Shown here piece by piece: positions 36,201 to 51,200 of a stretch of 64,000 nt of DNA. Origin of the DNA: the human T2T-CHM13v2.0 reference genome, Homo sapiens. Both the position numbers and the translations under genes were made by a program. Every line of letters begins with the position of its first letter. Position 1 is the stretch's first letter. Where the stretch lies: NCBI RefSeq assembly GCF_009914755.1, contig NC_060946.1; one strand, given 5' to 3'. The notes under the pieces were generated by a model. That model saw only the letters and a program-made list of their open reading frames with translations. It did no database searches and was not told the DNA's origin.

Positions 36201-39200
36201 AGTACACACATCACAAACAAGTTTCACAGAATGCTTCTTTCTAGCTTGTAGGGGAAGATATTCCCTTTATCACCATGGGCCTCCAACCGTCCGAAACGTC
36301 CACTTCCATATACTACCAAAAGATCGTTTCAAACCTGCTCTAGGAAAGGCAATGTTCAACTCTGTGACTTGAATGCAAACATCACAGAGCAGTTTCTGAG
36401 AATGCTTCTGTCTAGATTTTATAGGAAGATATTCCCGTTTCCAACGAAATCTTCACAGCTATCCAAATATCCACTTGCAGATTCTACAAAAAGAGTGTAT
36501 CAAAACTGCTCTGTCAAAAGGAAGGTTCTTCTCTGTTAGGTGAGTGCATACGTCATAAAGGAGTTTCTGAGAATGTTTCTGTCTAGTGGTTATGGGAAGA
36601 TATTTGCTTTTTCACCGTAGGCCTCAGAGCGCTCCAAATATCCACTTGCACATACTACAAAAAGAGTGCCTCAAAGCTGCTCTCTGAAACGGAATGTTCA
36701 ACTCTATGAGTTGAATGCAAACATCACAAAGACGTTTCTGAGAATGCTTCTGTCTAGATTTGATATGAAGATATTCCCGTTTCCAACGAAATCTTCAAAT
36801 CTATCCAAATGTCCACTTGCAGATTCAACAAAAAGTGTTTTTCAGAACTGCTCTATCAAAAGAAAGATCCACCTCTCTTAGCTGAGTTCACACATCACAA
36901 ACAAGTTTATGAGAATGCTTCTGTCTAGTTTTTATTTGAAGATATTTCCTTTCTCACCATAGACCTGAAAGCTGTCCTAATGTTCACTTCCAGATACTAC
37001 AGAAAGAGTGTTTAAAAACTGCTGTACGAAAGGGAATGTTCAACTCTGTGACTTGAATGCACACATCACAAAGAAGTTTCTGAGGATGCTGCTGTCTACT
37101 TTTTATACGTAATCCCGTTTCCAACGAAATCCTCCAAGCTATCCAAATATCCACTTGCAGATTCCACAGAAAGACTGTTTCAAAACTGCTCTGTCAATAG
37201 AAAGGTTCAACTCTGTTAGCTGCGTGCATATATCCCAAAGAAGATTCTGAGATTGCTTCTGTCTAGTTTTTATGGGAAGATATTTCCCTTTTCACCGTAG
37301 GCGTCAAGGCGCTCCAAATGTCCACTTCCAGATACTACAAAAAGAGTGTTTCAAACCTACTCTGTGAAAGGGAATATTCAACTCTGTGACTTGAATGCAC
37401 ATATCACAAAGAAGTTTCTGAGAATGCTTCTGTCGAGATTTTATATGAAGATGTTCCCGTTTCCAACGAAATCCTGAAATCTATCCAAATATCACCTCGC
37501 AGATTCTACAAAAAGAGTGTTTCAAAACTGCTCTGTAAAAAGAAAGTTTCAACTCTGTTACTTGAGTACACACATCACAAACAAGTTTCACAGAATGCTT
37601 CTTTCTAGCTTGTAGGGGAAGATATTCCCTTTATCACCATGGTCCTCAAACCGTCCGAAACGTCCACTTCCATATACTACAAAAAGAGCGTTTCAAACCT
37701 GCTCTATGAAAGGCAATGTTCAACTCTGTGACTTGAATGCAGACATCACAGAGCAGTTTCTGAGAATGCTTCTGTCTAGATTTTATAGGAAGATATTCCC
37801 GTTTCCAACGAAATCTTCACAGCTATCCAAATATCCACTTGCAGATTCTAAAAAAAGAGTGTATCAAAACTGCTCTGTCAAAAGGAAGGTTCTTCTCTGT
37901 TAGGTGAGTGCATACGTCATAAAGGAGTTTCTGAGAATGTTTCTGTCTAGTGGTTATGGGAAGATATTTGCTTTTTCACCGTAGGCCTCAGAGCGCTCCA
38001 AATATCCACTTGCACATACTACAAAAAGAGTGCCTCAAAGCTGCTCTCTGAAACGGAATGTTCAACTCTATGAGTTGAATGCAAACATCACAAAGACGTT
38101 TCTGAGAATGCTTCTGTCTAGATTTGATATGAAGATATTCCCGTTTCCAACGAAATCTTCAAATCTATCCAAATGTCCACTTGCATAATCAACAAAAAGT
38201 GTTTTTCAGAACTGCTCTATCAAAAGAAAGATCCACCTCTGTTAGCTGAGTTCACACATCACAAACAAGTTTATGAGAATGCTTCTGTCTAGTTTTTATT
38301 TGAAGATATTTCCTTTCTCACCATAGACCTGAAAGCTGTCCTAATGTTCACTTCCAGATACTACAGAAAGAGTGTTTCAAAACTGCTGTACGAAAGGGAA
38401 TGTTCAACTCTGTGACTTGAATGCACACATCACAAAGAAGTTTCTGAGGATGCTGCTGTCTACTTTTTATACGTAATCCCGTTTCCAACGAAATCCTCCA
38501 AGCTATCCAAACATCCACTTGCAGATTCCACAGAAAGACTGTTTCAAAACTGCTCTGTCAATAGAAAGGTTCAACTCTGTTAGCTGCGTGCATATATCCC
38601 AAAGAAGATTCTGAGATTGCTTCTGTCTAGTTTTTATGGGAAGATATTTCCCTTTTCACCGTAGGCGTCAAGGCGCTCCAAATGTCCACTTCCAGATACT
38701 ACAAAAAGAGTGTTTCAAACCTACTCTGTGAAAGCGAATATTCAACTCTGTGACTTGAATGCACATATCACAAAGAAGTTTCTGAGAATGCTTCTGTCGA
38801 GATTTTATATGAAGATATTCCCGTTTCCAACGAAATCCTGAAATCTATCCAAATATCCCCTCGCAGATTCTACAAAAAGAGTGTTTCAAAACTGCTCTGT
38901 AAAAAGAAAGGTTCAACTCTGTTAGTTGAGTACACACATCACAAACAAGTTTCACAGAATGCTTCTTTCTAGCTTGTAGGGGAAGATATTCCCTTTATCA
39001 CCATGGGCCTCCAACCGTCCGAAACGTCCACTTCCATATACTACAAAAAGAGCGTTTCAAACCTGCTCTAGGAAAGGCAATGTTCAACTCTGTGACTTGA
39101 ATGCAGACATCACAGAGCAGTTTCTGAGAATGCTTCTGTCTAGATTTTATAGGAAGATATTCCCGTTTCCAACGAAATCTTCACAGCTATCCAAATATCC

Positions 39201-42200
39201 ACTTGCAGATTCTACAAAAAGAGTGTATCAAAACTGCTCTGTCAAAAGGAAGGTTCTTCTCTGTTAGGTGAGTGCATACGTCATAAAGGAGTTTCTGAGA
39301 ATGTTTCTGTCTAGTGGTTATGGGAAGATATTTGCTTTTTCACCGTAGGCCTCAGAGCGCTCCAAATATCCACTTGCACATACTACAAAAAGAGTGCCTC
39401 AAAGCTGCTCTTTGAAACGGAATGTTCAACTCTATGAGTTGAATGCAAACATCACAAAGACGTTTCTGAGAATGCTTCTGTCTAGATTTGATATGAAGAT
39501 ATTCCCGTTTCCAACGAAATCTTCAAATCTATCCAAATGTCCACTTGCAGATTCAACAAAAAGTGTTTTTCAGAACTGCTCTATCAAAAGAAAGATCCAC
39601 CTCTGTTAGCTGAGTTCACACATCACAAACAAGTTTATGAGAATGCTTCTGTCTAGTTTTTATTTGAAGATATTTCCTTTCTCACCATAGACCTGAAAGC
39701 TGTCCTAATGTTCACTTCCAGATACTACAGAAAGAGTGTTTCAAAACTGCTGTATGAAAGGGAATGTTCAACTCTGTGACTTGAATGCACACATCACAAA
39801 GAAGTTTCTGAGGATGCTGCTGTCTACTTTTTATATGTAATCCCGTTTCCAACGAAATCCTCCAAGCTATCCAAATATCCACTTGCAGATTCCACAGAAA
39901 GACTGTTTCAAAACTGCTCTGTCAATAGAAAGGTTCAACTCTGTTAGCTGCGTGCATATATCCCAAAGAAGATTCTGAGATTGCTTCTGTCTAGTTTTTA
40001 TGGGAAGATATTTCCCTTTTCACCGTAGGCGTCAAGGCGCTCCAAATGTCCACTTCCAGATACTACAAAAAGAGTGTTTCAAACCTACTCTGTGAAAGCG
40101 AATATTCAACTCTGTGACTTGAATGCACATATCACAAAGAAGTTTCTGATAATGCTTCTGTCGAGATTTTAAATGAAGATATTCCCGTTTCCAACGAAAT
40201 CCTGAAATCTATCCAAATATCCCCTCGCAGATTCTACAAAAAGAGTGTTTCAAAACTGCTCTGTAAAAAGAAAGGTTCAACTCTGTTAGTTGAGTACACA
40301 CATCACAAACAAGTTTCACAGAATGCTTCTTTCTAGCTTGTAGGGGAAGATATTCCCTTTATCACCATGGGCCTCCAACCGTCCGAAACATCCACTTCCA
40401 TATACTACAAAAAGAGCGTTTCAAACCTGCTCTATGAAAGGCAATGTTCAACTCTGTGACTTGAAAGCAGACATCACAGAGCAGTTTCTGAGAATGCTTC
40501 TGTCTAGATTTTATAGGAAGATATTCCCGTTTCCAACGAAATCTTCACATCTATCCAAATATCCACTTGCAGATTCTTCAAAAAGAGTGTATCAAAACTG
40601 CTCTGTCAAAAGGAAGGTTCTTCTCTGTTAGGTGAGTGCATACGTCATAAAGGAGTTTCTGGGAATGTTTCTGTCTAGTGGTTATGGGAAGATATTTGCT
40701 TTTTCACCGTAGGCCTCAGAGCGCTCCAAATATCCACTTGCACATACTACAAAAAGAGTGCCTCAAAGCTGCTCTCTGAAACGGAATGTTCAACTCTATG
40801 AGTTGAATGCAAACATCACAAAGACGTTTCTGAGAATGCTTCTGTCTAGATTTGATATGAAGATATTCCCGTTTCCAACGAAATCTTCAAATCTATCCAA
40901 ATGTCCACTTGCATAATCAACAAAAAGTGTTTTTCAGAACTGCTCTATCAAAAGAAAGATCCACCTCTGTTAGCTGAGTTCACACATCACAAACAAGTTT
41001 ATGAGAATGCTTCTGTCTAGTTTTTATTTGAAGATATTTCCTTTCTCACCATAGACCTGAAAGCTGTCCTAATGTTCACTTCCAGATACTACAGAAAGAG
41101 TGTTTCAAAACTGCTGTACGAAAGGGAATGTTCAACTCTGTGACTTGAATGCACACGTCACAAAGAAGTTTCTGAGGATGCTGCTGTCTACTTTTTATAC
41201 GTAATCCTGTTTCCAACGAAATCCTCCAAGCTATCCAAACATCCACTTGCAGATTCCACAGAAAGACTGTTTCAAAACTGCTCTGTCAATAGAAAGGTTC
41301 AACTCTGTTAGCTGCGTGCATATATCCCAAAGAAGATTCTGAGATTGCTTCTGTCTAGTTTTTATGGGAAGATATTTCCCTTTTCACCGTAGGCGTCAAG
41401 GCGCTCCAAATGTCCACTTCCAGATACTACAAAAAGAGTGTTTCAAACCTACTCTGTGAAAGGGAATATTCAACTCTGTGACTTGAATGCACATATCACA
41501 AAGAAGTTTCTGAGAATGCTTCTGTCGAGATTTTATATGAAGATATTCCCGTTTCCAACGAAATCCTGAAATCTATCCAAATATCCCCTCGCAGATTCTA
41601 CAAAAAGAGTGTTTCAAAACTGCTCTGTAAAAAGAAAGGTTCAACTCTGTTAGTTGAGTACACACATCACAAACAAGTTTCACAGAATGCTTCTTTCTAG
41701 CTTGTAGGGGAAGATATTCCCTTTATCACCATGGGCCTCCAACCGTCCGAAACGTCCACTTCCATATACTACAAAAAGAGCGTTTCAAACCTGCTCTAGG
41801 AAAGGCAATGTTCAACTCTGTGACTTGAATGCAGACATCACAGAGCAGTTTCTGAGAATGCTTCTGTCTAGATTTTATAGGAAGATATTCCCGTTTCCAA
41901 CGAAATCTTCACAGCTATCCAAATATCCACTTGCAGATTCTACAAAAAGAGTGTATCAAAACTGCTCTGTCAAAAGGAAGGTTCTTCTCTGTTAGGTGAG
42001 TGCATACGTCATAAAGGAGTTTCTGAGAATGTTTCTGTCTAGTGGTTATGGGAAGATATTTGCTTTTTCACCGTAGGCCTCAGAGCGCTCCAAATATCCA
42101 CTTGCACATACTACAAAAAGAGTGCCTCAAAGCTGCTCTTTGAAACGGAATGTTCAACTCTATGAGTTGAATGCAAACATCACAAAGACGTTTCTGAGAA

Positions 42201-45200
42201 TGCTTCTGTCTAGATTTGATATGAAGATATTCCCGTTTCCAACGAAATCTTCAAATCTATCCAAATGTCCACTTGCAGATTCAACAAAAAGTGTTTTTCA
42301 GAACTGCTCTATCAAAAGAAAGATCCACCTCTGTTAGCTGAGTTCACACATCACAAACAAGTTTATGAGAATGCTTCTGTCTAGTTTTTATTTGAAGATA
42401 TTTCCTTTCTCACCATAGACCTGAAAGCTGTCCTAATGTTCACTTCCAGATACTACAGAAAGAGTGTTTCAAAACTGCTGTATGAAAGGGAATGTTCAAC
42501 TCTGTGACTTGAATGCACACATCACAAAGAAGTTTCTGAGGATGCTGCTGTCTACTTTTTATATGTAATCCCGTTTCCAACGAAATCCACCAAGCTATCC
42601 AAATATCCACTTGCAGATTCCACAGAAAGACTGTTTCAAAACTGCTCTGTCAATAGAAAGGTTCAACTCTGTTAGCTGCGTGCATATATCCCAAAGAAGA
42701 TTCTGAGATTGCTTCTGTCTAGTTTTTATGGGAAGATATTTCCCTTTTCACCGTAGGCGTCAAGGCGCTCCAAATGTCCACTTCCAGATACTACAAAAAG
42801 AGTGTTTCAAACCTACTCTGTGAAAGGGAATATTCAACTCTGTGACTTGAATGCACATATCACAAAGAAGTTTCTGATAATGCTTCTGTCGAGATTTTAT
42901 ATGAAGATATTCCCGTTTCCAACGAAATCCTGAAATCTATCCAAATATCCCCTCGCAGATTCTACAAAAAGAGTGTTTCAAAACTGCTCTGTAAAAAGAA
43001 AGGTTCAACTCTGTTAGTTGAGTACACACATCACAAACAAGTTTCACAGAATGCTTCTTTCTAGCTTGTAGGGGAAGATATTCCCTTTATCACCATGGGC
43101 CTCCAACCGTCCGAAACATCCACTTCCATATACTACAAAAAGAGCGTTTCAAACCTGCTCTATGAAAGGCAATGTTCAACTCTGTGACTTGAAAGCAGAC
43201 ATCACAGAGCAGTTTCTGAGAATGCTTCTGTCTAGATTTTATAGGAAGATATTCCCGTTTCCAACGAAATCTTCACATCTATCCAAATATCCACTTGCAG
43301 ATTCTTCAAAAAGAGTGTATCAAAACTGCTCTGTCAAAAGGAAGGTTCTTCTCTGTTAGGTGAGTGCATACGTCATAAAGGAGTTTCTGGGAATGTTTCT
43401 GTCTAGTGGTTATGGGAAGATATTTGCTTTTTCACCGTAGGCCTCAGAGCGCTCCAAATATCCACTTGCACATACTACAAAAAGAGTGCCTCAAAGCTGC
43501 TCTCTGAAACGGAATGTTCAACTCTATGAGTTGAATGCAAACATCACAAAGACGTTTCTGAGAATGCTTCTGTCTAGATTTGATATGAAGATATTCCCGT
43601 TTCCAACGAAATCTTCAAATCTATCCAAATGTCCACTTGCATAATCAACAAAAAGTGTTTTTCAGAACTGCTCTATCAAAAGAAAGATCCACCTCTGTTA
43701 GCTGAGTTCACACATCACAAACAAGTTTATGAGAATGCTTCTGTCTAGTTTTTATTTGAAGATATTTCCTTTCTCACCATAGACCTGAAAGCTGTCCTAA
43801 TGTTCACTTCCAGATACTACAGAAAGAGTGTTTCAAAACTGCTGTACGAAAGGGAATGTTCAACTCTGTGACTTGAATGCACACATCACAAAGAAGTTTC
43901 TGAGGATGCTGCTGTCTACTTTTTATACGTAATCCCGTTTCCAACGAAATCCTCCAAGCTATCCAAATATCCACTTGCAGATTCCACAGAAAGACTGTTT
44001 CAAAACTGCTCTGTCAATAGAAAGGTTCAACTCTGTTAGCTGCGTGCATATATCCCAAAGAAGATTCTGAGATTGCTTCTGTCTAGTTTTTATGGGAAGA
44101 TATTTCCCTTTTCACCGTAGGCGTCAAGGCGCTCCAAATGTCCACTTCCAGATACTACAAAAAGAGTGTTTCAAACCTACTCTGTGAAAGCGAATATTCA
44201 ACTCTGTGACTTGAATGCACATATCACAAAGAAGTTTCTGAGAATGCTTCTGTCGAGATTTTATATGAAGATATTCCCGTTTCCAACGAAATCCTGAAAT
44301 CTATCCAAATATCCCCTCGCAGATTCTACAAAAAGAGTGTTTCAAAACTGCTCTGTAAAAAGAAAGGTTCAACTCTGTTAGTTGAGTACACACATCACAA
44401 ACAAGTTTCACAGAATGCTTCTTTCTAGCTTGTAGGGGAAGATATTCCCTTTATCACCATGGTCCTCAAACCGTCCGAAACGTCCACTTCCATATACTAC
44501 AAAAAGAGCGTTTCAAACCTGCTCTAGGAAAGGCAATGTTCAACTCTGTGACTTGAATGCAGACATCACAGAGCAGTTTCTGAGAATGCTTCTGTCTAGA
44601 TTTTATAGGAAGATATTCCCGTTTCCAACGAAATCTTCACAGCTATCCAAATATCCACTTGCAGATTCTACAAAAAGAGCGTATCAAAACTGCTCTGTCA
44701 AAACGAAGGTTCTTCTCTGTTAGGTGAGTGCATACGTCATAAAGGAGTTTCTGAGAATGTTTCTGTCTAGTGGTTATGGGAAGATATTTGCTTTTTCACC
44801 GTAGGCCTCAGAGCGCTCCAAATATCCACTTGCACATACTACAAAAAGAGTGCCTCAAAGCTGCTCTCTGAAACGGAATGTTCAACTCTATGAGTTGAAT
44901 GCAAACATCACAAAGACGTTTCTGAGAATGCTTCTGTCTAGATTTGATATGAAGATATTCCCGTTTCCAACGAAATCTTCAAATCTATCCAAATGTCCAC
45001 TTGCATAATCAACAAAAAGTGTTTTTCAGAATTGCTCTATCAAAAGAAAGATCCACCTCTGTTAGCTGAGTTCACACATCACAAACAAGTTTATGAGAAT
45101 GCTTCTGTCTAGTTTTTATTTGAAGATATTTCCTTTCTCACCATAGACCTGAAAGCTGTCCTAATGTTCACTTCCAGATACTACAGAAAGAGTGTTTCAA

Positions 45201-48200
45201 AACTGCTGTACGAAAGGGAATGTTCAACTCTGTGACTTGAATGCACACATCACAAAGAAGTTTCTGAGGATGCTGCTGTCTACTTTTTATACGTAATCCC
45301 GTTTCCAACGAAATCCTCCAAGCTATCCAAATATCCACTTGCAGATTCCACAGAAAGACTGTTTCAAAACTGCTCTGTCAATAGAAAGGTTCAACTCTGT
45401 TAGCTGCGTGCATATATCCCAAAGAAGATTCTGAGATTCCTTCTGTCTAGTTTTTATGGGAAGATATTTCCCTTTTCACCGTAGGCGTCAAGGCGCTCCA
45501 AATGTCCACTTCCAGATACTACAAAAAGAGTGTTTCAAACCTACTCTGTGAAAGGGAATATTCAACTCTGTGACTTGAATGCACATATCACAAAGAAGTT
45601 TCTGAGAATGCTTCTGTCGAGATTTTATATGAAGATATTCCCGTTTCCAACGAAATCCTGAAATCTATCCAAATATCCCCTCGCAGATTCTACAAAAAGA
45701 GTGTTTCAAAACTGCTCTGTAAAAAGAAAGGTTCAACTCTGTTAGTTGAGTACACACATGACAAACAAGTTTCACAGAATGCTTCTTTCTAGCTTGTAGG
45801 GGAAGATATTCCCTTTATCACCATGGTCCTCAAACCGTCCGAAACGTCCACTTCCATATACTACAAAAAGAGCGTTTCAAACCTGCTCTAGGAAAGGCAA
45901 TGTTCAACTCTGTGACTTGAATGCAGACATCACAGAGCAGTTTCTGAGAATGCTTCTGTCTAGATTTTATAGGAAGATATTCCCGTTTCCAACGAAATCT
46001 TCACAGCTATCCAAATATCCACTTGCAGATTCTACAAAAAGAGTGTATCAAAACTGCTCTGTCAAAAGGAAGGTTCTTCTCTGTTAGGTGAGTGCATACG
46101 TCATAAAGGAGTTTCTGAGAATGTTTCTGTCTAGTGGTTATGGGAAGATATTTGCTTTTTCACCGTAGGCCTCAGAGCGCTCCAAATATCCACTTGCACA
46201 TACTACAAAAAGAGTGCCTCAAAGCTGCTCTCTGAAACGGAATGTTCAACTCTATGAGTTGAATGCAAACATCACAAAGACGTTTCTGAGAATGCTTCTG
46301 TCTAGATTTGATATGAAGATATTCCCGTTTCCAACGAAATCTTCAAATCTATCCAAATGTCCACTTGCAGATTCAACAAAAAGTGTTTTTCAGAACTGCT
46401 CTATCAAAAGAAAGATCCACGTCTGTTAGCTGAGTTCACACATCACAAACAAGTTTATGAGAATGCTTCTGTCTAGTTTTTATTTGAAGATATTTCCTTT
46501 CTCACCATAGACCTGAAAGCTGTCCTAATGTTCACTTCCAGATACTACAGAAAGAGTGTTTCAAAAGTGCTGTACGAAAGGGAATTTTCAACTCTGTGAC
46601 TTGAATGCACACATCACAAAGAAGTTTCTGAGGATGCTGCTGTCTACTTTTTATACGTAATCCCGTTTCCAACGAAATCCTCCAAGCTATCCAAATATCC
46701 ACTTGCAGATTCCACAGAAAGACTGTTTCAAAACTGCTCTGTCAATAGAAAGGTTCAACTCTGTTAGCTGCGTGCATATATCCCAAAGAAGATTCTGAGA
46801 TTGCTTCTGTCTAGTTTTTATGGGAAGATATTTCCCTTTTCACCGTAGGCGTCAAGGCGCTCCAAATGTCCACTTCCAGATACTACAAAAAGAGTGTTTC
46901 AAACCTACTCTGTGAAAGGGAATATTCAACTCTGTGACTTGAATGCACATATCACAAAGAAGTCTCTGAGAATGCTTCTGTCGAGATTTTATATGAAGAT
47001 ATTCCCGTTTCCAACGAAATCCTGAAATCTATCCAAATATCCCCTCGCAGATTCTACAAAAAGAGTGTTTCAAAACTGCTCTGTAAAAAGAAAGGTTCAA
47101 CTCTGTTAGTTGAGTACACACATCACAAACAAGTTTCACAGAATGCTTCTTTCTAGCTTGTAGGGGAAGATATTCCCTTTATCACCATGGTCCTCAAACC
47201 GTCCGAAACGTCCACTTCCATATACTACAAAAAGAGCGTTTCAAACCTGCTCTAGGAAAGGCAATGTTCAACTCTGTGACTTGAATGCAGACATCACAGA
47301 ACAGTTTCTGAGAATGCTTCTGTCTAGATTTTATAGGAAGATATTCCCGTTTCCAACGAAATCTTCACAGCTATCCAAATATCCACTTGCAGATTCTACA
47401 AAAAGAGTGTATCAAAACTGCTCTGTCAAAAGGAAGGTTCTTCTCTGTTAGGTGAGTGCATACGTCATAAAGGAGTTTCTGAGAATGTTTCTGTCTAGTG
47501 GTTATGGGAAGATATTTGCTTTTTCACCGTAGGCCTCAGAGCGCTCCAAATATCCACTTGCACATACTACAAAAAGAGTGCCTCAAAGCTGCTCTCTGAA
47601 ACGGAATGTTCAACTCTATGAGTTGAATGCAAACATCACAAAGACGTTTCTGAGAATGCTTCTGTCTAGATTTGATATGAAGATATTCCCGTTTCCAACG
47701 AAATCTTCAAATCTATCCAAATGTCCACTTGCAGATTCAACAAAAAGTGTTTTTCAGAACTGCTCTATCAAAAGAAAGATCCACCTCTGTTAGCTGAGTT
47801 CACACATCACAAACAAGTTTATGAGAATGCTTCTGTCTAGTTTTTATTTGAAGATATTTCCTTTCTCACCATAGACCTGAAAGCTGTCCTAATGTTCACT
47901 TCCAGATACTACAGAAAGAGTGTTTCAAAACTGCTGTACGAAAGGGAATGTTCAACTCTGTGACTTGAATGCACACATCACAAAGAAGTTTCTGAGGATG
48001 CTGCTGTCTACTTTTTATACGTAATCCCGTTTCCAACGAAATCCTCCAAGCTATCCAAATATCCACTTGCAGATTCCACAGAAAGACTGTTTCAAAACTG
48101 CTCTGTCAATAGAAAGGTTCAACTCTGTTAGCTGCGTGCATATATCCCAAAGAAGATTCTGAGATTGCTTCTGTCTAGTTTTTATGGGAAGATATTTCCC

Positions 48201-51200
48201 TTTTCACCGTAGGCGTCAAGGCGCTCCAAATGTCCACTTCCAGATACTACAAAAAGAGTGTTTCAAACCTACTCTGTGAAAGGGAATATTCAACTCTGTG
48301 ACTTGAATGCACATATCACAAAGAAGTTTCTGAGAATGCTTCTGTCGAGATTTTATATGAAGATGTTCCCGTTTCCAACGAAATCCTGAAATCTATCCAA
48401 ATATCACCTCGCAGATTCTACAAAAAGAGTGTTTCAAAACTGCTCTGTAAAAAGAAAGTTTCAACTCTGTTACTTGAGTAAACACATCACAAACAAGTTT
48501 CACAGAATGCTTCTTTCTAGCTTGTAGGGGAAGATATTCCCTTTATCACCATGGTCCTCAAACCGTCCGAAACGTCCACTTCCATATACTACAAAAAGAG
48601 CGTTTCAAACCTGCTCTATGAAAGGCAATGTTCAACTCTGTGACTTGAATGCAGACATCACAGAGCAGTTTCTGAGAATGCTTCTGTCTAGATTTTATAG
48701 GAAGATATTCCCGTTTCCAACGAAATCTTCACAGCTATCCAAATATCCACTTGCAGATTCTACAAAAAGAGTGTATCAAAACTGCTCTGTCAAAAGGAAG
48801 GTTCTTCTCTGTTAGGTGAGTGCATACGTCATAAAGGAGTTTCTGAGAATGTTTCTGTCTAGTGGTTATGGGAAGATATTTGCTTTTTCACCGTAGGCCT
48901 CAGAGCGCTCCAAATATCCACTTGCACATACTACAAAAAGAGTGCCTCAAAGCTGCTCTCTGAAACGGAATGTTCAACTCTATGAGTTGAATGCAAACAT
49001 CACAAAGACGTTTCTGAGAATGCTTCTGTCTAGATTTGATATGAAGATATTCCCGTTTCCAACGAAATCTTCAAATCTATCCAAATGTCCACTTGCAGAT
49101 TCAACAAAAAGTGTTTTTCAGAACTGCTCTATCAAAAGAAAGATCCACCTCTGTTAGCTGAGTTCACACATCACAAACAAGTTTATGAGAATGCTTCTGT
49201 CTAGTTTTTATTTGAAGATATTTCCTTTCTCACCATAGACCTGAAAGCTGTCCTAATGTTCACTTCCAGATACTACAGAAAGAGTGTTTCAAAACTGCTG
49301 TACGAAAGGGAATGTTCAACTCTGTGACTTGAATGCACACATCACAAAGAAGTTTCTGAGGATGCTGCTGTCTACTTTTTATACGTAATCCCGTTTCCAA
49401 CGAAATCCTCCAAGCTATCCAAATATCCACTTGCAGATTCCACAGAAAGACTGTTTCAAAACTGCTCTGTCAATAGAAAGGTTCAACTCTGTTAGCTGCG
49501 TGCATATATCCCAAAGAAGATTCTGAGATTGCTTCTGTCTAGTTTTTATGGGAAGATATTTCCCTTTTCACCGTAGGCGTCAAGGCGCTCCAAATGTCCA
49601 CTTCCAGATACTACAAAAAGAGTGTTTCAAACCTACTCTGTGAAAGGGAATATTCAACTCTGTGACTTGAATGCACATATCACAAAGAAGTTTCTGAGAA
49701 TGCTTCTGTCGAGATTTTATATGAAGATGTTCCCGTTTCCAACGAAATCCTGAAATCTATCCAAATATCACCTCGCAGATTCTACAAAAAGAGTGTTTCA
49801 AAACTGCTCTGTAAAAAGAAAGGTTCAACTCTGTTACTTGAGTACACACATCACAAACAAGTTTCACAGAATGCTTCTTTCTAGCTTGTAGGGGAAGATA
49901 TTCCCTTTATCACCATGGTCCTCAAACCGTCCGAAACGTCCACTTCCATATACTACAAAAAGAGCGTTTCAAACCTTCTCTATGAAAGGCAATGTTCAAC
50001 TCTGTGACTTGAATGCAGACATCACAGAGCAGTTTCTGAGAATGCTTCTGTCTAGATTTTATAGGAAGATATTCCCGTTTCCAACGAAATCTTCACAGCT
50101 ATCCAAATATCCACTTGCAGATTCTACAAAAAGAGTGTATCAAAACTGCTCTGTCAAAAGGAAGGTTCTTCTCTGTTAGGTGAGTGCATACGTCATAAAG
50201 GAGTTTCTGAGAATGTTTCTGTCTAGTGGTTATGGGAAGATATTTGCTTTTTCACCGTAGGCCTCAGAGCGCTCCAAATATCCACTTGCACATACTACAA
50301 AAAGAGTGCCTCAAAGCTGCTCTCTGAAACGGAATGTTCAACTCTATGAGTTGAATGCAAACATCACAAAGACGTTTCTGAGAATGCTTCTGTCTAGATT
50401 TGATATGAAGATATTCCCGTTTCCAACGAAATCTTCAAATCTATCCAAATGTCCACTTGCAGATTCAACAAAAAGTGTTTTTCAGAACTGCTCTATCAAA
50501 AGAAAGATCCACCTCTGTTAGCTGAGTTCACACATCACAAACAAGTTTATGAGAATGCTTCTGTCTAGTTTTTATTTGAAGATATTTCCTTTCTCACCAT
50601 AGACCTGAAAGCTGTCCTAATGTTCACTTCCAGATACTACAGAAAGAGTGTTTCAAAACTGCTGTACGAAAGGGAATGTTCAACTCTGTGACTTGAATGC
50701 ACACATCACAAAGAAGTTTCTGAGGATGCTGCTGTCTACTTTTTATACGTAATCCCGTTTCCAACGAAATCCTCCAAGCTATCCAAATATCCACTTGCAG
50801 ATTCCACAGAAAGACTGTTTCAAAACTGCTCTGTCAATAGAAAGGTTCAATTCTGTTAGCTGCGTGCATATATCCCAAAGAAGATTCTGAGATTGCTTCT
50901 GTCTAGTTTTTATGGGAAGATATTTCCCTTTTCACCGTAGGCGTCAAGGCGCTCCAAATGTCCACTTCCAGATACTACAAAAAGAGTGTTTCAAACCTAC
51001 TCTGTGAAAGCGAATATTCAACTCTGTGACTTGAATGCACATATCACAAAGAAGTTTCTGAGAATGCTTCTGTCGAGATTTTATATGAAGATATTCCCGT
51101 TTCCAACGAAATCCTGAAATCTATCCAAATATCCCCTCGCAGATTCTACAAAAAGAGTGTTTCAAAACTGCTCTGTAAAAAGAAAGGTTCAACTCTGTTA

